Below are positions 58,228 to 64,000 of a DNA stretch of 64,000 nt, in pieces. Source of the DNA: Synechococcales cyanobacterium (GTDB lineage Bacteria; Cyanobacteriota; Cyanobacteriia; CAKZMO01). The notes beneath the pieces were generated by a model that worked only from the letters and a program-made list of their open reading frames with translations, was not told the DNA's origin and made no database searches. The stretch is from NCBI GenBank assembly GCA_035285585.1, contig JAYKGU010000213.1:21377-85376 (forward strand), given 5' to 3'. The position numbers and the translations under genes are program-made. Each line of letters opens with the position of its first letter. Position 1 is the stretch's first letter.

Positions 58228-58323
58228 TAAGTGCTTGAGCAATTTTGATCACATTTCTTGGGGGTATACCCCCGTGCGAGGGGCGCACCCCCAAGAAAAT
58301 AATTTTGCTTAACTGCTTACTTA
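58228..58323 (+). mobile_element. MITE family E3, copy 2
   Basis: taagtgcttgagcaattttgatcacatttcttgggggtatacccccgtgcgaggggcgcacccccaagaaaataattttgcttaactgcttactta. Same orientation as copy 1. It lies in the divergent region between the grx-like gene and ilvB. Confidence 0.8.
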
Positions 58324-58364
58324 AAAACCAAAACTATCGCAATCTTGTAATTCGCCAGACCATC

Positions 58365-60311
58365 ATGCGTGACGTTCTCTCTGTTTCCCCAACCTCCAAC
58401 CCATCCACCAGCGCTGCTGAGCCACAAGTAGCGAATCCTGCTGCCGATGCAACCTCGGTATCGGCTCCCTTAAGTTTGTCTCCTAGTCCCAAAAGCCCGG
58501 TGCGGGCCACGGGGGCGTTTGCGCTGATTGACAGCCTCAGACTGCATGGCGTCACCCACATTTTTGGCTACCCTGGTGGGGCCATTCTCCCAATCTACGA
58601 CGAACTCTACCGCGCCGAAGCTGCCGGTTTCATGCAGCACATCCTGGTGCGCCACGAACAGGGTGCAGCCCACGCCGCCGATGGTTATGCTCGTGCCACT
58701 GGGAAGGTGGGCGTTTGTTTTGGCACCTCTGGGCCAGGGGCAACCAACCTGGTGACCGGCATTGCCACCGCCCAGATGGACTCAATTCCCATGGTGGTGA
58801 TTACGGGGCAGGTGCCAAGCCACGCCATTGGTAGCGACGCGTTTCAGGAAACCGATATTTTTGGCATTACCCTGCCCATCGTCAAGCATTCCTACGTGGT
58901 GCGCGATCCCCACGACATGGCCCGCATTGTGGCCGAAGCTTTCTACATCGCCCAAACCGGACGCCCCGGTCCCGTGCTGATCGATGTCCCCAAAGACATT
59001 GGGGTGGCCGCCTGCGACTACGTGCCAGTGGAGCCAGGAACCATCAAACTTCCGGGATACCGCCCAACTGTTAAAGGCAATCCCCGCCAGCTCATTCAGG
59101 CCCTCAAGCTGATCCGTGAAGCCCGACGTCCGCTCCTATACGTGGGGGGCGGGGCTATCACCTCTGGTGCCCATGGCGAAATTCGCTTGCTGGCCGAGCG
59201 CTACAGCATTCCCGTGACCACGACCCTGATGGGGAAAGGGTCGTTTGACGAACACCATCCGCTGTCGGTGGGGATGCTGGGGATGCACGGCACCGCCTAC
59301 GCCAACTATGCAGTGAGTGAGTGCGATTTGCTCATTGCGGTGGGGGCACGGTTTGATGATCGCGTCACAGGCAAGCTAGACGAGTTTGCTTCACGGGCTA
59401 AGGTGATCCACATTGACATTGACCCGGCGGAGGTGGGTAAAAATCGCGCCCCCGACGTGCCAATTGTCGGGGATGTGCGCAAGGTGCTGAGCGATCTGCT
59501 CAACCGTGATGCAGAGCAGGGCTTTACGGTCAATCCTTACCAGACGCGGGAGTGGTTGGCTCGCATCGATCGCTGGCGGCGCGACTACCCGCTGACGGTG
59601 CCCACCTACCCAGATGTGATCTCGCCCCAGGAGGTCATTAATGAACTGGGACGGCAGGCCCCCGACGCCTTCTACACGACCGACGTGGGGCAACACCAGA
59701 TGTGGGCCGCCCAGTTCCTCAAAAACGGGCCGCGCCGCTGGATTTCCAGTGCTGGTCTGGGAACCATGGGCTACGGCATGCCTGCGGCCATGGGGGTGAA
59801 GGTGGCCGTCCCTGACCACGAGGTCATCTGCATCAGCGGTGACGCCAGCTTCCAGATGAATCTGCAGGAGCTGGGCACGCTCGCCCAATATGGCATTAAT
59901 GTCAAAACCGTGATCATCAATAACGGCTGGCAGGGCATGGTGCGCCAGTGGCAGCAAGCCTTTTACGAAGAGCGCTATTCCTCGTCCAACATGGAAGTGG
60001 GGATGCCTGATTTTGTGATGCTGGCCCAGGCGTTTGGGGTGAAGGGCATGCTGGTTCAGTCGCGGGAAGACCTGTCAGAGGCGATCGCCGAGATGCTCAC
60101 CCACAACGGCCCTGTGCTCATGGATGTGCGGGTGAAGCGCGACGAAAACTGCTACCCGATGGTGGCCCCCGGCAAGAGCAACGCCCAGATGCTGGGCTTG
60201 CCCGAACGTCCGCAGGCAAACCAGGCTCCCGAAATCGTTACCTGCGGCACCTGCGCGGCAGAAACCAGCTCCCAGAGCAACTTCTGCCCCAACTGCGGCA
60301 CCAAACTGTAG
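58365..60311 (+). CDS. ilvB: Acetolactate synthase large subunit (biosynthetic type) with a C-terminal zinc-ribbon extension
   Basis: [29 protein letters not shown], and the ThDP motif [14 protein letters not shown]...GDASFQMN...NNG. The start is placed at Met41 of the ORF (58365), because the upstream part is MITE sequence. The last 24 aa carry CGTC-x10-CPNC. Confidence 0.9.
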   Translation: MRDVLSVSPTSNPSTSAAEPQVANPAADATSVSAPLSLSPSPKSPVRATGAFALIDSLRLHGVTHIFGYPGGAILPIYDELYRAEAAGFMQHILVRHEQGAAHAADGYARATGKVGVCFGTSGPGATNLVTGIATAQMDSIPMVVITGQVPSHAIGSDAFQETDIFGITLPIVKHSYVVRDPHDMARIVAEAFYIAQTGRPGPVLIDVPKDIGVAACDYVPVEPGTIKLPGYRPTVKGNPRQLIQALKLIREARRPLLYVGGGAITSGAHGEIRLLAERYSIPVTTTLMGKGSFDEHHPLSVGMLGMHGTAYANYAVSECDLLIAVGARFDDRVTGKLDEFASRAKVIHIDIDPAEVGKNRAPDVPIVGDVRKVLSDLLNRDAEQGFTVNPYQTREWLARIDRWRRDYPLTVPTYPDVISPQEVINELGRQAPDAFYTTDVGQHQMWAAQFLKNGPRRWISSAGLGTMGYGMPAAMGVKVAVPDHEVICISGDASFQMNLQELGTLAQYGINVKTVIINNGWQGMVRQWQQAFYEERYSSSNMEVGMPDFVMLAQAFGVKGMLVQSREDLSEAIAEMLTHNGPVLMDVRVKRDENCYPMVAPGKSNAQMLGLPERPQANQAPEIVTCGTCAAETSSQSNFCPNCGTKL

Positions 60312-60356
60312 TTTGATACCGGCAACTGGGAAGAAATCGCCCTCCGGCAAGAGTAT

Positions 60357-60448
60357 GGCGTTACGCTTTCGCGTTAGGACATTCAAGAGGTGTGGAACCC
60401 CCGCGACGCGGGGGTTCCACACTCAAACCTTAGCCCGTAGGGCTATAC
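60357..60448 (+). repeat. 92-bp repeat family E2, copy 2
   Basis: Identical to 52537-52628 apart from one base (a for t at the hairpin apex). It fills the gap between the convergent ilvB gene (end 60311) and the 60450 gene. Confidence 0.95.
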
Positions 60449-60449
60449 A

Positions 60450-61091
60450 TCAAATCTGGGTGAGGGTGTCGGCCAGCTTATCGGCGATGCCCGCAATCCA
60501 AACTTCGTCCTGCTTGGTGTAGCTGCGCGGGGCGTTGGCTCCCAAAATCATTGCCCCCCGATCGCCCATAGGTTGACAGATGACGCCCTGGGTATTTTCC
60601 GGCAGGTAGTCAAACTCCACTCGCCCTGGATAGAGGCTGAGGTTGACCAGGTAAACGGGGGTTTGCTTGGTGAGCACCCGCTGGAGAATAGCCCCTGGTT
60701 TGATCTCGCGTGCTGGCCCCAGAATGCCGCGTCTTAGCAGGACGCGATCGCCCTGCCAGACCACCACCGACTTGGTCACCGTATTGGTCAGCAGCAGGTG
60801 AGAAGCCCAGGCCAGCTCGGTTTTTACCCGGTCGGGTAGATCTGCGGCCAGCTCAAACCCTTCCTCCCCAACCAGATCTACTGCTTCCGGTAGGCGGGGC
60901 TGCACCTGCTGCCAGAGCAGGCCGGTGAGAATCAGCACAGCACTGATGATCACCCCGACGGCGTCGGAGCGGGCTTGGGAGGGAGCAATCTCCGGCGTCA
61001 GGAGCCGGTTCGCCATCAGTAAAGTACCGGCGATCGCCCCGACTACAATGGGCAATCGCCGCAAAACTACATTTGTGTCTGATCGGGTCAC
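60450..61091 (-). CDS. Membrane-anchored conserved protein (possibly CCB-type cytochrome b6f cofactor-assembly family)
   Basis: 213 aa with two N-terminal TM segments (LPIVVGAIAGTLLMANRLL; VGVIISAVLILTGLLWQQV), then a soluble domain ending YLPENTQGVICQPMGDRGAMILGAN. The family assignment is from memory and uncertain. Confidence 0.55.
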   Translation of the reverse strand: MTRSDTNVVLRRLPIVVGAIAGTLLMANRLLTPEIAPSQARSDAVGVIISAVLILTGLLWQQVQPRLPEAVDLVGEEGFELAADLPDRVKTELAWASHLLLTNTVTKSVVVWQGDRVLLRRGILGPAREIKPGAILQRVLTKQTPVYLVNLSLYPGRVEFDYLPENTQGVICQPMGDRGAMILGANAPRSYTKQDEVWIAGIADKLADTLTQI

Positions 61092-61188
61092 GACTGGATG
61101 GGTTTTGAACTACGCTAAGTGACAGAAGGGATCGGTTATCCCGGATACTGGTTGATGCTAATTTTAACGGTTTCCAGCGGAGGCAACT

Positions 61189-62517
61189 GTGTTTGAGTTA
61201 ATCAGCGCATGGCTCCTGTCCCTGTGGCCCGCGTCTTCTTCGGATTTGCAGGAGCTGCGCTCAGCCAGGTTGGCTACCTGGATCGGCCAATCCCAGGTGG
61301 AGGAACTGATACAGCCCAAGTATCGACCTGATCCTGTGGCAGTGGGTCTGGTGGAACAATATCTGGCGGGGCTAAATATTCAGGGGGTGCGTCCAGCCGA
61401 TCAGGGGATCTGGTTTCAGTCAGGGCGTGAAGTGCTGGCCAAGAACCAGGGAACAACGCCCCTGCCCGCTGCCTCCCTGACAAAAATTGCCACTACCCTT
61501 GTAGCCCTAAATTACTGGGGCGGGGATCACCAGTTTGTCACCACGATCGGGATGACTGGCCCCATTCAAGATGGCGTTTTGAAAGGGGATCTGGTGATTC
61601 AGGGCGGCGGTGATCCGCTATTTATTTGGGAAGAGGCGATCGCCCTGGGCAATGCCCTCGAACAGGCAGGCATCACCGCCATAGAAGGGGATTTACTGAT
61701 CGCGGGCGACTTTGCCATGAACTATGAAGCCGACCCCCTGATTGCGGGTACGCTGCTCCGGCGTGCTCTTCACAGCGACCTGTGGCCCGAGGAAGCCCGT
61801 GAGCAACATGCAGAGATGCCCCCCAATACGCCCTATCCCCAAATCCTCATCGATGGGTTTGTCCAGCCCATCTCGAGAAATGAGCTAGCCGCCCTGACCG
61901 TCGCCCCCCTGCTGGAGCATCAATCCCTGCCCCTGGCGCAGATACTCAAGCTGATGAATATCTACAGCAATAACTTTATGGCAGATGCCCTAGCTGAGGC
62001 CATGGGTGGGGGAACCTATGTATCGATGCAAGCGGCCCGACTGGCCAATGTGCCGCCCGAGGAGGTGCAACTGGTGAATGGTTCTGGACTAGGGGTGGAA
62101 AATCGGCTTTCTGCACGAGCCGTTTGTGCTATGCTGACGGCCCTCCACGCCCAACTGGCCACCACTGGCCTGACGGTTGCCGATCTGTTTCCCATCGCCG
62201 GACTGGACACGGGTACCCTGGAGGGGCGCGCGCTTCCCCGTGATGCTGCGGTCAAGACAGGCACCCTGGCGGACGTGAGCGCCCTGGCGGGGGTGTTTGC
62301 CACAGGCGATCGCGACCTTGTTTGGTTTGCCATTATTAACCGGGGGCTAGACCTGGATGGCCTGCGCGACCAGCAGGACGCACTGCTACAATCGCTCACC
62401 CAGGTGTGGTCTGTTGCCCAGACCCGCCCCCTGGAACTGACGCCCAGGCAATCGGCGATCGCCGTCTACGATCAGCTAGGCGCACCTGACCGGAATCGAC
62501 TAATGGTGAGTTTTTAG
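61189..62517 (+). CDS. D-alanyl-D-alanine carboxypeptidase/endopeptidase (PBP4, S13 family)
   Basis: SxxK (AASLTKIAT), SxN (YSNNFMAD) and KTG (VKTGTL) boxes with PBP4-like spacing. GTG start. Confidence 0.8.
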   Translation: MFELISAWLLSLWPASSSDLQELRSARLATWIGQSQVEELIQPKYRPDPVAVGLVEQYLAGLNIQGVRPADQGIWFQSGREVLAKNQGTTPLPAASLTKIATTLVALNYWGGDHQFVTTIGMTGPIQDGVLKGDLVIQGGGDPLFIWEEAIALGNALEQAGITAIEGDLLIAGDFAMNYEADPLIAGTLLRRALHSDLWPEEAREQHAEMPPNTPYPQILIDGFVQPISRNELAALTVAPLLEHQSLPLAQILKLMNIYSNNFMADALAEAMGGGTYVSMQAARLANVPPEEVQLVNGSGLGVENRLSARAVCAMLTALHAQLATTGLTVADLFPIAGLDTGTLEGRALPRDAAVKTGTLADVSALAGVFATGDRDLVWFAIINRGLDLDGLRDQQDALLQSLTQVWSVAQTRPLELTPRQSAIAVYDQLGAPDRNRLMVSF

Positions 62518-62550
62518 CGAAGGGCTTTGAGTAAAGGGGGTGACGCTGAG

Positions 62551-62697
62551 TGGAAGGCAGAAGGCAGAAGGCAGAAGGCAGAAGGTAGAAGGCAGAAGGT
62601 AGAAGGCAGAAGGTAGAAGGTAGAAGGTAGAAGGTAGAAGGTGGAAGGTGGAAGGCAGAAGGTGGAAGGCAGAAGGCAGAACTCAAAACTTAGAACT
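62551..62697. repeat. Heptanucleotide tandem array: (YRGAAGG) x18, then (YARAACT) x3
   Basis: Read directly from the sequence: tggaagg cagaagg cagaagg ... tagaagg ... cagaact caaaact tagaact. Two further units (caaaact cagaact) lie at 62793-62806, beyond an inserted element. Confidence 0.95.
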
Positions 62698-62698
62698 C

Positions 62699-62792
62699 AG
62701 GTGATTTTCATGAAAGACGATACCGCCTGTAGGGTGCCGTTAGCGGAGCGTAACGCACCGTGAGCTGGTAATTTCATTTCAAGAAATCACCT
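62699..62792. mobile_element. 94-bp MITE-like insertion splitting the heptamer array
   Basis: Terminal inverted repeats aggtgattt (62699-62707) / aaatcacct (62784-62792). The interior has an imperfect hairpin, ggtgccgttagcggagcgtaacgcacc. Heptamer units continue on both sides. Confidence 0.7.
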
Positions 62793-62809
62793 CAAAACTC
62801 AGAACTAAT

Positions 62810-62898
62810 TAAGTAGGTCAGCACAATTAAATTCATGTTAGAAAACCGAGGGAGCGCCCCGGTTTTCTAACCTTCTTTTTTCAATACAGTTCTACTTA
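62810..62898 (+). mobile_element. MITE family E1, third intact copy
   Basis: taagtaggtcagcacaattaaattcatgttagaaaaccgagggagcgccccggttttctaaccttctttttttcaatacagttctactta. 36 bp upstream of the pentapeptide-repeat gene start. Confidence 0.9.
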
Positions 62899-62933
62899 AA
62901 CCTCTTCTCCTAAAAATCATCCCGGTAAAATCT

Positions 62934-63938
62934 ATGACAGTGGCGTGGACACTAGACAAACGAGACATTCGAGCATTTACCATTCTGGGCATTTTCTTTA
63001 GTCTGCTGGTGGCGATCGCGGCCCTGCTGATTTCCAACCGTACGGCTAAAGCCGAGCGCATTAACCAGCTTCTGACTACCCAGGTTTGCCCTCGCTGTGA
63101 GCTTGACTGGGTTAACCTGCAGGCTGCCGATCTGCCGGATGCCAACCTCGAACAGGCCAGCCTCCGCAATGCCAACCTGACCAGTACCAACCTCAGTGGC
63201 ACGACCCTGACCCGCTCGGTCTTGAGTGGCACTAACCTGACCGACGCCAATCTCCATCAGGCTGACCTGGGCAACGCGGTCCTCAGCGGAGCTACCCTCA
63301 CCAGCGCGATCCTCATCGAAGCCAGTTTACGAGGCGCTTATCTGGGGGATGCGGTGCTGGAAAATGCGGTGCTGGATAGCGCCATCCTGGGGGATGCGAT
63401 TCTAATTCGCACCGACCTCAGGGATGCCTACCTGCTGAATACCGATTTGCGGCGGGCTGACCTCGCTAGCGCCAATTTGAGCCGCGCGCATCTGGGAAAC
63501 GCTAACCTGGTGCGGGCCAATTTGGCGGAGGCCGACCTGGGCAGTGCCGACCTGGTCGAAGCCGATCTGCGCTGGGCAGACCTGCGGCGGGCTGACCTCA
63601 ACAACGCCAATTTGACCAGGGCGAACCTGGTGGATGCCAACCTCACCAATGCCAATCTCTCTAAGGCCGATCTGTCCAGCGCGAACCTGGTGCGAACCTT
63701 CGCGCGGGAGGCCGATCTGACGGGTGCGTCCCTGCGCAACGCTGATTTGAGCAACTCCATTTTTACGAAAGCCAATCTGCAGCAGGTAGATCTGCGGGGG
63801 GCGATCCTCACCAACGCCAACTTCCGCAGGGCTAACCTGACGGGGGCTAACCTCACTGACGTTGACCTGAATCAGGCCCACCTCTGTGGGACAACCCTGC
63901 CCAACGGTACGGTGGTTAACCGCGACTGTGCCGAATAA
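62934..63938 (+). CDS. Pentapeptide-repeat protein with an N-terminal TM anchor
   Basis: An N-terminal hydrophobic helix, then more than 40 consecutive A(D/N)LxX pentapeptides (ANLTSTNLSGTTLTRSVLSGTNLTDANLHQADLGNAVL...). Confidence 0.9.
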   Translation: MTVAWTLDKRDIRAFTILGIFFSLLVAIAALLISNRTAKAERINQLLTTQVCPRCELDWVNLQAADLPDANLEQASLRNANLTSTNLSGTTLTRSVLSGTNLTDANLHQADLGNAVLSGATLTSAILIEASLRGAYLGDAVLENAVLDSAILGDAILIRTDLRDAYLLNTDLRRADLASANLSRAHLGNANLVRANLAEADLGSADLVEADLRWADLRRADLNNANLTRANLVDANLTNANLSKADLSSANLVRTFAREADLTGASLRNADLSNSIFTKANLQQVDLRGAILTNANFRRANLTGANLTDVDLNQAHLCGTTLPNGTVVNRDCAE

Positions 63939-64000
63939 TTGGGCGATCGCTCTTCCCCCCGATAGATTCCCCAGGGCACACGATTGGTCATGCTAACCTC

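Noticed and set aside
62396-62686. 96-aa minus-strand ORF (LPPSAFHLPPSTFYLLPSTF...)
   Set aside because: It is a translation of the heptamer array. The 7-nt period cycles through all three frames, giving a 7-aa pseudo-repeat. There is no evidence of coding.
63402-63881. Minus-strand ORFs of 159, 142, 127 and 101 aa across the pentapeptide-repeat gene
   Set aside because: The 15-nt periodicity of pentapeptide-repeat genes keeps several frames open. Only the plus-strand frame gives the A(D/N)LxX pattern and an N-terminal anchor.
1-64000. Search for tRNA, rRNA, tmRNA, RNase P RNA or riboswitch-like elements in all spacers longer than 150 bp
   Set aside because: I found no T-loop/acceptor-stem pattern (no GTTCGAATC-like boxes in an appropriate context). 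I also found no conserved riboswitch core I could recognise. The spacers are largely accounted for by MITEs, heptamer arrays and hairpins.

Overview
Cyanobacterial chromosomal segment. The octamer GCGATCGC (HIP1) recurs every few hundred bp, and coding regions are GC-rich at third codon positions. I support about 45 protein-coding genes and found no rRNA, tRNA or CRISPR array by eye. Main blocks, left to right: (1) Two tandem paralogous polytopic membrane proteins. (2) A single 2844-aa olefin-synthase type megasynthase (FAAL-ACP-KS-AT-KR-ACP-sulfotransferase-thioesterase), followed by an unknown 321-aa protein and an Sfp-type PPTase. (3) Housekeeping genes: MBL hydrolase, 3-methyladenine glycosylase, ABC1 kinase, valS, uppP, FHA-adenylate cyclase, AMIN protein and an ABC-2 transporter. 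(4) The most interesting locus, 31.6-41.4 kb, is a divergent peptide-export cluster. It encodes an active C39-peptidase ABC exporter, a short HlyD-like adaptor, a tandem cNMP-binding-like protein, a second large ABC exporter and a tightly linked MscS channel. These surround a 77-aa double-glycine-leader precursor whose core is three tandem copies of a Cys-free 17-residue unit. No maturase is in sight. (5) More housekeeping: rpmI-rplT, an M1 aminopeptidase, icd, a response regulator, mltG, an M48 peptidase, murE, ilvB and a PBP4. This stretch also holds a histidine-kinase-like protein that lacks the phospho-acceptor His, and a pentapeptide-repeat protein. The right third (48-63 kb) is littered with small non-autonomous elements. 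These comprise at least four MITE-like families and three loci of heptanucleotide tandem arrays. One MITE supplies the C-terminus and stop codon of a glutaredoxin-like gene. All functional calls come from motifs I could read in the translations; no database search was possible.
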